Source of the DNA: Octopus sinensis | Lineage: Eukaryota | NCBI RefSeq assembly: GCF_006345805.1 | Contig: NC_043000.1 | Coordinates: forward strand, 60,574,001-60,638,000 | Length of the DNA stretch: 64,000 nt | Direction: 5' to 3' | Part shown: piece by piece, positions 37,300 through 50,038 of the stretch | Layout of the letters: each line of letters opens with the position of its first letter | Numbering within the stretch: the stretch's first letter is position 1 | The notes under the pieces: model-generated | What the model saw: the letters and a program-made list of their open reading frames with translations, nothing else | What the model was told of the DNA's origin: nothing | Databases searched by the model: none | Position numbers and translations under genes: made by a program

Positions 37300-38000
37300 A
37301 GTAGTCCCTCTTTCATCCATGTGCATTTTCCTCAATCAGCAACCAATTTAATAAAATTTCCACATCTATTCTCTGCATTGGTGAGAGCAAGTCCACCTTT
37401 ATCAATATGTACACATTTTCCATCAATGATGTTATGATTCCTATACACTACTTTGCAATCTGAAACATATCATCCCTCTACAGTTTATTCTTAAAGAAAA
37501 ATTATACATATCTTGTTGTAACGTAATATCTTATCCCTTGATCTTTTGGCTTGATTTGACCATATTGAGCTGATTAACTCAATTATCCAAATTCTTGCCA
37601 TTAGCTCCTTAGAATTATTTCCACTGTTTTTTTTTTATTATGCAATCTACAGGATCGGAGGATCAGTTAGACTGCACTTTGTTGACAATGTTAAACAGAC
37701 CTAAACATATGTCCATAATTGTCCCATGTCTGCAAAGTTTGAAATGTCCTTTCCCTCAGCATGTAAACTGGGGTGCAAAGATGCAAGAGAAGGGTGTGTT
37801 GCTCCTAGGACAAGTGTGAAGAGGTGTAATGAGCCTGAAATTTCCATTGGCTCATCATGCCTGTCGGAGTTCCAAAAATGTCTTTGTCCATGGAGACTGA
37901 GAACTCTTGCTCCACCCCTGCTGGGGTGCACATGGTTGGGATGTCTTTGATCATAGATTATCTCGCTTTGGATTGACTTGGAGCTAAACAACAACTACAA
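37300..38000 (-). mobile_element. decayed LINE ORF1-like (SGNH esterase-like) fragment
   Basis: HNIIDGKCVHIDKGGLALTNAENRCGNFIKL resembles the DGLHL..G...NFI end of esterase ORF1; weak. Confidence 0.3.
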
Positions 38001-38376
38001 GAAATGATCATGAACATTAGTCAGAATCATGAGTAGTTCATGTTGGTGAGCAGATGCTAAGCTGTAAATCAGTGACTCTGGACCTTTTATCATTACTACC
38101 CAGTTTGCCAAATCAGTTCTAAAAACACAACTCATAAAAAAATATCTTCAATTTTTTATGTTTTACTAGTCTTAGTCATTGGACTTTAATCATAATGGGG
38201 CACCACTTTCAAGGGATTAGTCAAATAAATCAACCCAAGTACTTTTTTTAAGCTTGATACTTTCTCTATTAGTCTCTTTTTGCTGAACTGTTAAGTTCCA
38301 GGTATGTAAACAAACTGATACTGGTTGTCAAGTAATATTGAGGGACAAACACAAAGACACACATGTTGATACATAC

Positions 38377-38435
<59 letters not shown>

Positions 38436-38622
38436 CATCATCATCATCATCGTTTAACATCCGCTTTCCATGCTAGCATGGGTTGGACGATTTGACTGAG
38501 GTCTGGTGAACCAGATGGCTGCACCAGACTCCAATCTGATCTGGCAGAGTTTCTACAGCTAGATGCCCTTCCTAACGCCAACCACTCCGAGAGCTTAGTG
38601 GGTGCTTTTACGTGTCACCAGC

Positions 38623-38686
<64 letters not shown>

Positions 38687-39316
38687 TATGTATATATACA
38701 CACTTGATGGTCTTTCAATTTCCATCGACCAAATCCACTCACAAAGCTTTGGCTGGACCAGGGTTATTGGTAGAAGACACTTGTCCAAGGGGCCATGCAG
38801 TGGGACTGAACCTAGAGTCATGTGGCTAGGAAGCAAACTCCTTACCACACAGCCAGATTTAAATTTTTTTAAAATTTAAATTTAAAACAAGTTAATAAAT
38901 TCACATTTGATGCTTTCCTTGCAGAAATATTCCTCGGTTTTTGTTGGAAATAAATATTATTCTGCATTCCTTATGCCTATGGTTTATTATTTGACATATT
39001 CACAAATATTTTAGAACTCAAATATTTCAAATGTAAATGAATTATTTTGTCATGACCTTTTCAAAATTTAAACCATGTTCCAAGCTTAGGAACCACTGCT
39101 TAAAGTGAACTGAATCCACTAACAAATACTGATACCCCACTGAAGTATATTAAAATTTTAAGATATTTAAAAATATGATAAAGCAAATGGTTTTGAAAAA
39201 AGGCATAAAGCGTATTCAATCCTAATCATATTTTCCATATATTTATGTAACCTTTTTTAGAAAGAAGTAATTAATACCGAGTAATTCTTTGTTTCTTTTT
39301 GACATCTAATTTCTAG

Positions 39317-39570
39317 ATCAACATTTGCATTTTGGTGATAGTCTTCAGCATGCTAGTTAACCATATAACCATGACCACAGATATTTTTGTAAAGAAGGAA
39401 TATGAAGAAAAGAGGTCATTTATTATGGATAGATATCCAAATTTGTTCTACACAGAAAAGCAGTTAAGTGATATTTTTGAGAAGGAATGGATCCAGAATC
39501 AATATCATTATCCTGTTTTTAAAAGAGAACGAAGAAGTTTGCATTTAGATGAGGAATTTTGTTGCCCAAT
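39317..39570 (+). CDS. uncharacterised secreted precursor, coding exon 2 (signal peptide, pro-region, furin site, CCP)
   Basis: tttctag / INICILVIVFSMLVNHITMTTDIFVKKEYEEKRSF...YHYPVFKRERRSLHLDEEFCCP + AT / gtaagt; 254 nt open exon with consensus splice sites; non-repetitive. Confidence 0.8.
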
Positions 39571-40462
39571 GTAAGTATTCATTTATTACTAATGTTACAA
39601 AGAGGGCAGTGGACAGGCAGAAATAATAGAGCGCTAGATGAAATATATTGGGGATGCCAGTTACGAGAATTTCAATCCTTCATAATTGGACCCAGCATTC
39701 ATTTCAGTCTGGTTACTTCTTTTATCAATCTTTAGTTATGGAACCAGTAACTTATGGAACATAAAGAATAATGTATACACACAAACACACACACACCACA
39801 TACACCACACACACACACACATATACACACCACACACACACATACGCATACCACACACACACACACACACACACAGAGTTTCTGCATACCAAATTTCACT
39901 TAAAAGGTGTTAGTCAAATTGGAGGTTGCAAAAAAAATATTTGTTGAAGGTGGTGCGCAGTAAGATCAAACCTAGAACCATGTGATTAAGAAGCTAGTTT
40001 CTTTACCGCACAACAATGCTTAAGCCTGAATATGTATATATATATATTTCTTAACTACATGGTTTCGGGTTCAGTCCCACTGTGTGGCACTTTGGGTAGG
40101 TGTCTTCCGCTATAGCCCCGATTCGACCAAAGCTTTGTGATTGAATTCGGTAGGTGGAAGTTACTGCCGTGTGTGTATGTGTGCGTATAGCTGCTCAGTG
40201 CCTCTCCGAAAGAGAGAGAGGGAATATTATATATATAAAACCTGGATGCATACATATACAAGTACACACACGCATATATATATATATAGAGAGAGTATAA
40301 AAGGGATAAATCATCCTGATGGATACTGTATTATCTCACAAATTGGTATATGCCAGCTATCCACAATGGTCTAATAACATAGTACTCAAGCTTAAAAGAA
40401 ATACTGGTATTGGTATGCTTCACTCATTGGGTAGTTCTGTGTTCCTATTCAGAACTCTCTTA

Positions 40463-40845
40463 CTTGTTTCAGTCATTTGACTGTGGCCATGCAGGAGCAC
40501 CGCCTTTAGTCGAGCTAATCGACCCCACGACTTATTCTTTGTAAGTCTAGTACTTATTCTATTGGTCTCTTTTGCTGAATTGCTAAGTTATGGGGGACGT
40601 AAACACACCAGCATTGGTTGTCAAGCGATGTTGAGGGGGAAAACACAGACACACACACACACACAGATACATATATATAGATACACGACGAGCTTCTTTC
40701 AGTTTCTGTCTACTAAATCCACTCACAAGGCTTTGGTTGGCTCACAGCTATAGTAGAAGACACTTGCCCAAGGTGCCATGCAGTGGGACTGAATCTGGAA
40801 CCATGTGGTTTGTAAGCAAGCTACTTACCACACAGCCACTCCTAT
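40463..40845 (-). mobile_element. SINE family A, full-length
   Basis: Reverse complement of the family A consensus. Confidence 0.9.
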
Positions 40846-41249
40846 GCCTATACATTCTGTAGAGTATATAATTGATAATGAAGAGGAGAATGGAGATTTA
40901 TTCACATCCAAAACTTTTTTATTAATAAGTTTATGCAGTATATATAACAATGACCTACATGTTTCAACTGCAAATTGCTCCGTATGCAATTAAGCACCCT
41001 AGTTGCTGCAATTTCACAATATTTGCAAAATGAACTGATTCAAACAAGCATCCTGCATTGGTATTCAGTTGAAGGTGATAGCATTACTTTTTAAATCCAA
41101 TGGAATTTTTATCTTATAATCACCTCTACTAGTATTACAGTTGAAGTGTGATTTTAAAATGTTTATTCAGATTTCAGTTAATTGTAGTAGTTTTGTTTTC
41201 ATTTTGCTATATGCTCAATTATTATTATTATTATTGTTGTTGTTGTTGT

Positions 41250-41790
41250 TGTTGTTGTTAGTATTATTTGTATAAATATCATTAATTATTACAATCATTA
41301 TTGTAACTAGCATAGTTACTATAGATGGTAAGTTGTGTTTATTTAAATCATCTAAATGTTCCTGTCTAGTGTTTATATTAGTAAATTTAGAAGTGAAAAT
41401 TTGATACATTTCTTCCACACAAGGGTCATATCTAATATTATCTATTCTATAAAGTTTTGCCTTACTAATTATTTCTCAGGCAATCAAATATATTTTGTTA
41501 CTATCTTTTAGTGCTCAAATTAGTTTCCTAATTTGAGCACTAAAATTTTTTATCTATATTTAAATGAATTTAAATGACTGGCAATTCTTTGCTTCATGTT
41601 ACATGAGCTAGCTCTGATATAGAAGTATTTCCTATTCTTTGAGGTTATCTTACATCTATATACAATATTTTTATACCTACAATTAGAGTTAAGCAGACAG
41701 ATCCTGTCCCTTGTACAATTGCATTTTGATAGTTCTACAATTTCCATTAATATTTTCCACTTCAGCTTCTCTAGAGGTGATTTCTAAATT
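41250..41790 (-). mobile_element. Penelope-like element, GIY-YIG 3' fragment
   Basis: CNCTRDRICLLNSNCRYKNIVYRCKI..YFYIRASS..KQRIASHLNSF: Cys linker plus VY/YI(G) of the PLE endonuclease. Confidence 0.75.
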
Positions 41791-42999
41791 TTAATAAAAA
41801 AGTTTTGGAATTGAATAAATCTCCACTCTTTTCTTTGTTATCTATTATATAATGCATATATATACATACTCACATATATGTGTGTGTGTGTATATATATA
41901 CACACACACACACATATATATATGTATGTGTGTATGTTATATATACATACATATGCATGTATATATCTTTTATATGAATGTGAGTGGGGTTATGTATGTG
42001 TGTTTAGGCCCAAAAGGTTCTAAAACAGTGCATCCTCAAGAAAAATGAATTTGAATTTTGAAATCTGCATCTCAAAAACAATGTCAACCATAAATAATAG
42101 AAAAAATATAATTTACTCTGATAAATAGCTCAACTTTTAGATCGACAGCCCTCCTATTTTCTGTCTTATTATTGCTGTTATGCAAAAATCCTGTTTTCTG
42201 ATGAGGTAAAAATGATCAAACTTTATACCACTGTCACATTTTTAAAAAGTTTTCTTCAATAAATTAACAACAGACTTGGATTCAGTGCAAAAATGTACAT
42301 CAATATACCAAACTTGAAAATTTTCACTTGATTTTAAAATTTCAAAATCTGTGACAGAAACACATAAGATCACCCCACTCTCTTTCTATTTGTCTATCTC
42401 TTTTATTTTCTCCTGGTAAACTTTCTCACTCTCTATATAAGTATACTGCTCACACTGAGTAAGTGTGTGTGCTTGTCAGTATGTGTGTACGCAAATGTAA
42501 AAGAATTTCATTAGGGTGATAAATTGATTTTAAAAAAGGTATGTAAATAGCAACATATTTTAATAGCATAATTTTCTATTAGTAAATAATTTTTCTTACA
42601 CATACACACACACACACACACATACATGGATTCTGCTGATGCACGGTAAGGTTAAAGATTTAAATAACAACTTTTGTTGCCGTTGTTGCTTTCACTGTAT
42701 AAAATGTATATTGCTCACTGTGCGTGTATATGTGTTTGTCAGTGTGTGTCTATGCATAGGATTTAAAAAAGGTATGTAAAAGATAATTTATTTTGATAGC
42801 ATACATTTCTGTTGGTAGATATGTTTTTTCGTACACACACATACACACACGGACTCGCTTGATGTGGGATGGGGTTAAAAATTTAAATAGACTTTTTTTG
42901 TTGTTGCTTAAATCCCAGCACTTGCACAGTATCATCATTCCATAAAATGGGAAGAAAAATACTGAAAACCATCAATACATGTCAGAATGACAAACAAAC

Positions 43000-43720
43000 G
43001 AGGAAGGTTGCAGGTGGTCGTGGGATGCGCCAGAAACACCATCTGAATCTCCCTTAAATCACCTTTCCATTTGAAAATTGTTTTAAAATTATAAACAGAA
43101 ACAAATTCCAGATTCGGCCCGCCCAAATTTTAAAATTATGGTTAAAAAGTAATTTCGGAAAAAAAAAATGAAATTTTACGATTTATTTTTAATGAAAATT
43201 TTTTTAAAAACATTTCCCTATTGTTTTTAAATTTCGTTTCATTTTCTGTTTGAAAATAAAGGATGTAAGTTTTGTAATGGTGATTGCCGATTTCCAATTT
43301 GTTTTTAACCTTCAAGGTTTCTCCCTTCGTTTTAAGTGTGTAGTGCAAAAAAGAAAAGAAAAACATTGGCCAAAATTGGTACTGAGAAGGGGGAGTGGGG
43401 TTTGAACAAATTCATAAATTTTCAAAACTTTTTTTCTTTGTTTTTAAGTGCATAGTTGCAAAAGAAAAAAAAAATGACAAAATTGGTCCTAAATTGGGAG
43501 AGAGTGGTTTCAAAATTTTTCAGACATTTTTATAACAAAAAGCGTTTCCCCATCATTTACAAAGGTGTCGTGAAAAAAAGTTTGAAAATCCCCATCAAAA
43601 CGGAGAAAATCCAACTTACCTGGGTATGCTATTTCGAAAATCACCCAAGGGCTTTTGGAATAGCACACCCACAAAACAATATTGTAAAAATTACTCGGCA
43701 ACGACGGGATACTCAGCTAG
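43000..43720 (+). mobile_element. non-autonomous Helitron, 3' terminus
   Basis: Ends aCtCGGCAACGaCGGG..CAGCTAG|T, the same terminal pattern as 31841; left boundary uncertain. Confidence 0.65.
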
Positions 43721-46700
43721 TGTAAATGTGTGTGTGTGTGTGTGCACGCGCGTGTATATGTATATATGTGTGTCATATATATATAAATATATATCATGTC
43801 CCCTGATGCTCAGGACAACCTTGCCATTCTACTTTACGAGGTAGATAAAATAAACATCAGGCAAAAACACTGAGGCAGACGTAATTGATTAAAACTCCCT
43901 GAAAGAAGTGCTCCAACATGGTCGCTTTTCAGTGAGTGAAACCAGTTATAGAATATGGTATCTGAGGAAATCGACATCCTTCCCAACAAAATATCTGTAC
44001 GTAAGTCAATCAGTATAGTTATGCCTCATAAATGAAGAATATTTCATTGCAGTTTATTTTTAAAATGTTTTTAATTTGAGTTATTTTTCTTAGTTTTAGT
44101 TCTTTTAGTGTAAAGTAATTTCAAAATAAATTGTTTAATACGCGGTGAACAGGAAGAAACAAAACGATGTCTTGTATTTTCATAATAGATTCAGATTCAG
44201 ATGCAAATCGTTGTTGTTTCACCATCAGAGAATAACTTCTTTTAAGCGAATGTGTGTACATAACATATTCGATTCATTGACTTAAGGGGTCTCTGGGACA
44301 TCCTCTGTTTCGACATTGTGTCTTGTTGGTCAAAGGCACACCGGACTAATGAATCTAACTTCTGCAAACAAGTTATTTATTGGTGTATGCTGATATCTGC
44401 CACCCGATAGTAACTCGTTATTTCTATGGTGAACAAGAATAAAAAAACATCATTTAAAATTTCCGATTTACTGTTTTGTTTTAATGTTGGGTGTGGATTT
44501 AATGTGCGACTCTCTCTCCAACACTGAGTGAAAATGTTGGACGGAGAATGAAAGATTACTATATTTAATATTTTTAGTGCTACAATTATATTAAGATTAA
44601 TTAAGTTAATCAAAATGATTTTTATTTAAAATATTTATTCCTCTTAGATACTATCATTTCGCTATACTTTGTGTTATTGCATATACCATAATGGTATACT
44701 ACATTTTTGTTTGGATAAGACCGTGAGAAAAGAATACATTATCTTTGCAAGACCTGAAGTTATTGGCGTAAAGGGAGGGAAAAAGACATAGGTTGATGCA
44801 GTAGGAAGCAACTATTTAAGATATTGAAGTATCCTTAGAAAGGGAGATCCAATCTGAACACCAGTAACAGGGGATTTTGCCGAAAGCAGCCAAGGGTCAG
44901 ATGCTGATGTTAAACTGAAAGACGAACTAGGGCTACCACCCAAGAATAAATGCAGTCTAATGGCTTTCAGCCAGTTTCTATCTACCCAGTTTAATTTTCA
45001 TGGGTAGGGGTGAGGTTGAGAAAGAAGCTATTTGCCCAAGGTGCTGCGCAGTGAAATCGAACATGGAAATAAATGATTGTGAAGCGAACTTCATAACTTC
45101 AAAACCACGTAGGAATTACTAAAGGCACATGAACCACCAAACGTTTGACTGGGATGTCAAGAAGGGGCAGTACATTTGGCAGGGGTCTTAACAATTCCAT
45201 TTCAGTGCAGCTCCTTAGTCATTGGCTCCCATATGACACCCACTTCTCATCTGTTGCTCCACAAACTATCTGCATGTGACAGTGTGCCACCTGAGCAACA
45301 GTATTGACAGGCCAGCTAAACCGAGTAGTAGAGAGAGCTGACAAGTTTTTAAACTTACGTTGAATTTCTGTAAGATCTTGTCGCTCTAAACACAAAGAAT
45401 GAATTTCTGACGGACTGTGCAGAGGAACCCAGCTGTCAATTTTAACAAACAGAAAGATGATATCCAACAATATCGTTATGAGACATGTACCTCAGAGCAC
45501 GGAGAGTCATGTGGATTCACCTTCCTCACCCCACTGCGTCTCTGGTATACCTCGAGTGATTTGGCCCACTGATTTAGAAAGTGATTTAGGAGAGTGGGCA
45601 TCCAGTGCACCCTTCTCACAATATAATCAAAACTTAGAGCAAGTGAAGATTCGAACTTCTTCAACTCATTTACAGACGGCGAATCTTTGCAAACGTAGAA
45701 TTATCACATGTGACTACAACAATGAAATACCGACTCTTGGAAGGTACTGTAAAAGCAGGAGTGACGAGAAAGCTGCTTATTAATTTGTTGGAAGTTACTA
45801 ATTTTTACTAAAAGAAAGCATTTATTAATGATTCCATTGTCTAGAAAATTCCTAAAAAATCCAATTTCATTTTATCAAAAAAAAAAAAAAAATCATAATT
45901 CACTGCAAGCGTTTTGTAAATTCTTAAACAGTGAGACACCATTTATTAATGTCCTGCTGCTTTCCACCTTTTCTTTGTTTTTATATATCCGATAGTTAAT
46001 TCATTGCTGAAACCTCCAAAGTTTGTGCTATCGTGGTTCATCTGATGAACGGAAATAAAAAAAAAAATATCATTTCCCATCTCTATACACCTGTACTTGT
46101 GTATTTATATAAGTTATTAATATTAAATATATCAATATTAATATTAAATATATGTCAACGGAAAAGGGATAAGTTAAGCAATCATATGTGTTCGAATCAA
46201 CAATGTGTTTTTCAATGTAATATTTTTCCAGTACATTCTTTAATCTCTTTATCATGCCTCTAAAAGCACTTTGAACATTAGAGATTCTGTGTCTGAAGTA
46301 TTTTTGAATAAAACATTTTTGTTTTTAATAACAAACTGGTGATCGAAATATACTTTATACAAGACAAAATATATTAATACACATACGCTTTAAATGCAGT
46401 ATATTTTGATCCTTTCACCCGCACGATTTTCACTAAGAGAAGAAAAAAAAACTCCGATTTTTTGCGTGGAATCAAGTACCCTGACCTCCTATTATATTGC
46501 AAACCCCTTATTTTTGATTGGAAAAGGGATGGGGGGGGGACCGGACCCCCATATCCCAGAATCATTGGAATTTATTTTTTTTTGCTGAATGAATTGAGGT
46601 GACCTCCTAATATGCTACAAAACCCTTTTGGGGTCCGGGAAACGGGGTAGGGTGAAGTGGAAGCCTCGGAAATTTCACCCCCACCCCCATTGATCTTTTC

Positions 46701-46759
46701 ACCTGCACGATTTTCACCAAGAAAAAAAAACTCGGATTTTTTGCATGGAATCAAGTACC

Positions 46760-47040
46760 CTGACTTGGTATGGCCAATGCCAGTGCCGGAGGCACGTAAA
46801 AAGCACCATTCAAGCATGATCGATGCCAGTGCCATCTGACTGGTCCCCGTGCTGGTGACACTTGAAAAGCACCCACTACACTCTCAGAGTGGTTGGTGTC
46901 AGGAAGGGCATCCAGCTGTAGAAACCTTGCCAGAACAGACTGGAGCCTGACTGCTGCCTCCTGGCTTCCCAGTCCTCAGTCAAACCGTCCAACCCATGCC
47001 AGCATGGAAAGCAGACGTTAAACGATGATGATGATGATAT
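46760..47040 (+). mobile_element. family C element, tail-to-tail with the CR1/L2-group LINE
   Basis: ..AACCCATGCCAGCATGGAAAGCAGACGTTAAAC(GAT)n directly abuts the (TTGA)n tail of the LINE. Confidence 0.85.
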
Positions 47041-47051
47041 ATAATGATATA

Positions 47052-49318
47052 TGATTGATTGATTGATTCTAGTTTCAGCTCATGAGCTGTGGCCATGCTG
47101 GGGCACCGCCATTTGGTGTTGCTACTTGGTTTTACTTCACGAAAGCTTTTTAGCAACTGCCATTTGGTGCATGAGAGAGTTCGATGCAGCTGCCCTCATC
47201 TGCACCTCCTGCCGTGAAGTTGGTTCATCTGGGACACCTGACAGGAAGAGTTCCATTTTAAAGACATCTGCATCCACCCCATGCAGGTCTCTCAGGTTCT
47301 TCGGGAGGATATTGAAGAGCTGTGGGCCACGGAAGCCCAGGCTATCACAGTATCTTGTCCTACATCTTGATGGCAAATTTGGAGTCCTAGGCACCACGCA
47401 GTGGCGCCCAGTTCTGGCATTTGTGTAACTCTCGATGCCAAAGTTTGGGACACGTCCCTCCAGGATCTTCCAGATGTATATTATGGCATATCTTTCCCGC
47501 CTACGCTCCAAGGAATATAGTTTTAATCTCTTGAGTCTTTCCCAGTAGCTTACATTCTGCATAGAGGCTATCTTCTTCGTGTAGCTACGCTGGATCGCCT
47601 CGAGCTCTGTGATCAACTTGACACTGGATGGTGACCATAACTGAGAGCAATAGTCAAAGTGGCTTAGGACAAGTGTCCTCCAGAGGACCATCATGGTTTC
47701 TTGTTCTCTTGTTCTAAAGGTTCTGAGAATCCAGCCAGCCAGCCGTCTACATTTTATTGCCAGTTTAGCAACATGTACATGAAAGGTCGCGTCATCACTC
47801 ATGTGAATACCCAGGTCACGCACTGATTGTGCCTCTGGGATTGCAATCCCTCCGGGTCCAGTGTATTCATTGGGTGTTGCATTCAGTTTTGCATGCTGAT
47901 AGTATAAAGCTTGAAACTTTTCAGCATTGAACTGCATGCTATTCTTTTCAGCCCACTTGTATATTTCGTCCAGCTCACATTGCAGGTGCTTAGTGTCTTC
48001 AGGGTTCTGTATTGCCTGTGAAACTTTTGTATCATCTGCATAACTTGTGATCGTGGCTCTCTGCGTGGCTGAGGGCATGTCTGAGAGGGCCATTATGAAC
48101 AGTAGTGGTCCCAAAACAGTGCCCTGCGGAACACCGCTCACTATTTGTGTGTTAATGGAAGTGGCCCCATTGGCTGCTACCACCTGACTTCTATTCTTCA
48201 GAAAGTCATGAAGCCATTCTCCCAATTTTCCAACTATGCCAAGATCACGCAGTTTGTGACATATCATTCCATGATCGACTTTATCAAAGGCCTTTGCAAA
48301 GTCGAGATATATGACTTCCACATTTGAGTGGTTGAGCAGTTGTTTCAGCACCCAGTCATAGTGTTGTAGGAGCTGAGTTAAACAGCTTCTTCCTGGTCGG
48401 AAACCATGTTGGGTGTCAGGCAGCAAGTCATTTTCTTCAAGGAAGGTGATTAGTTTCCTTCTGACTATTCGTTCCATGACCTTGCTGATGTGTGAGGTGA
48501 GAGAGACAGGTCTGTAGTTCTTGGCCTCTGCTCTGCTACCACCTTTATGAATAGGGCATATTTTACCTTCCTTCAGTTTTTTTGGAAGTTTGCCAGCTGC
48601 AAGGAAGCTCTGAAAGAGGATCTGCAGTGGTCTTGCTAGGACTCTCTTACATACTTTTAGGAGGATTGCCGGGAATCCATCGGGGCCAATAGCTGATTCT
48701 GTTTTCATTTCATCTATGACCTTTATTACATCGTCTTCCTTTATATCGATGTAATTTATCGTCGCCGCCTCTGATTTTATATCTGCAGTGGTAAAGAAGT
48801 CAGTTGGATTGGTGATTTAGAAATGCCCGAGGGGTGGAGTGAAAACACTCTTGAATTGCTCATTCAGTATTTCACTTACCCTCATTGGTTTTCCTGTGAG
48901 TGTGCCATCCTTTTCAAGGAGTGGCCCTATCCTACAGTGTACCGTAGCTGTTTCTTTGGCATACCTGTAGAAAGCTCTGGGGTTAGATTTTATGTTGTCT
49001 ATAGCCCAGGCTTCTTTGTCTGCTCTTTCCTTTTCATGGGAGAGTTGCAGACATTTTTCAATTTCCAACAGTTTTATTTTCAGGCGGGACTTTTCACTGC
49101 TTTCAATCTGTTTGTTTAGGCGATTTGAAATTTTTGTACGCCGCCTCATTAAGATTTTCCTCTCTCTGGGGATTTTGTTCTTGTGTACAGTGGCCTTTCT
49201 CTCTGGGACACATTTGTAGCATATGGCTTGCGTTACAGACATGAATTGTTGAAGTTTCACGTCGATGTCTGGCGAGGAGAGACATTTAGGCCAGTTTTGT
49301 TTGAGGATCTCTTTCTCA
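47052..49318 (-). mobile_element. young 5'-truncated CR1/L2-group LINE (ORF2 RT intact apart from one stop)
   Basis: ORFs 48817-49389 and 47137-48708 are in frame, separated by a single TAA and 36 sense codons. GPDG, NYRPVSLTS, QHGFRPGRSCLTQL, LDFAKAFD, SGVPQGTVLGP, YADD, SLERRR. (AATC)n tail; 5' end at a (TA)n tract. Confidence 0.93.
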
Positions 49319-49616
49319 ATATATATATATATATATATATAATTATGATTTATTGTTACACCATTCAAAGTATAGGTAAACTTCGTCACCTACTCACACT
49401 CCCCCCTCTCTCTCTCTCCACACAAAAATGAAGCTCATTTCGGCGCCAAAACTTGCAAAGGAAAAATGCTTTAGTTTTTCAGATCTTTTCTGCAATCTGG
49501 GATTATTATATATATATTATATCCAGTGATTTTAAGAGGTAGGAAAAAGATATTTTACTTTAATATTATACTTTTACTTTGTTTCACACATACATGCAAA
49601 AACTTTAACGTGCTTT

Positions 49617-50038
49617 GGATCTTTTCGGTTTGAACGGCAGTTTTTAACATAATTTCTAGGTAACTAAAATATTCTAAACTTCGTATACTGGTAGAATATA
49701 CTTATAAAATATCTTTTTCTCTTGGCTTTATTGAGAAAATTATATAGTTTGTAAGATATTTGGTCTTTAATTTCTTGCATTTCGGCAATTTCAACCAATC
49801 AATGACCGTCTATTGAGGTGAAAATATTCTGTGCCGTATGAATATGTCCCTCGTTTAAGAAACAGATTGGGTTTATTTACATTTGTGACGAAAAAAAGAT
49901 ACCCTTCCCCCACCCCTAACACTAACCCTAACTCTAAAACAGATTGAAATGCAATAGATCGATACTAGGGTCATAATTATGGGTGACAATTTCATATGAC
50001 ACCGCTAGAAAAAACTGCCGTTCAAACCGAAAAGATCC
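49617..50038. mobile_element. MITE with GG termini and 8-bp TSD (Merlin-like)
   Basis: TIR GGATCTTTTCGGTTTGAACGGCAGTTTT / AAAACTGCCGTTCAAACCGAAAAGATCC; TSD CGTGCTTT at 49609-49616 and 50039-50046. Confidence 0.9.

Noticed and set aside
40939-40993. Candidate exon 3 of the secreted protein (IYNNDLHVSTANCSVCN*)
   Set aside because: Phase fits but it stops after about 18 codons, too short for a cystine-knot domain, and has a poor pyrimidine tract.
42450-42910. Diverged about 265-bp tandem duplication
   Set aside because: Real but low-complexity and heavily diverged; no sign of function.
45423-45783. This ORF as exon 3 of the secreted protein (phase is compatible after gtgcag)
   Set aside because: The acceptor lacks a polypyrimidine tract and the peptide shows no cystine-knot spacing; kept only as an unexplained island.
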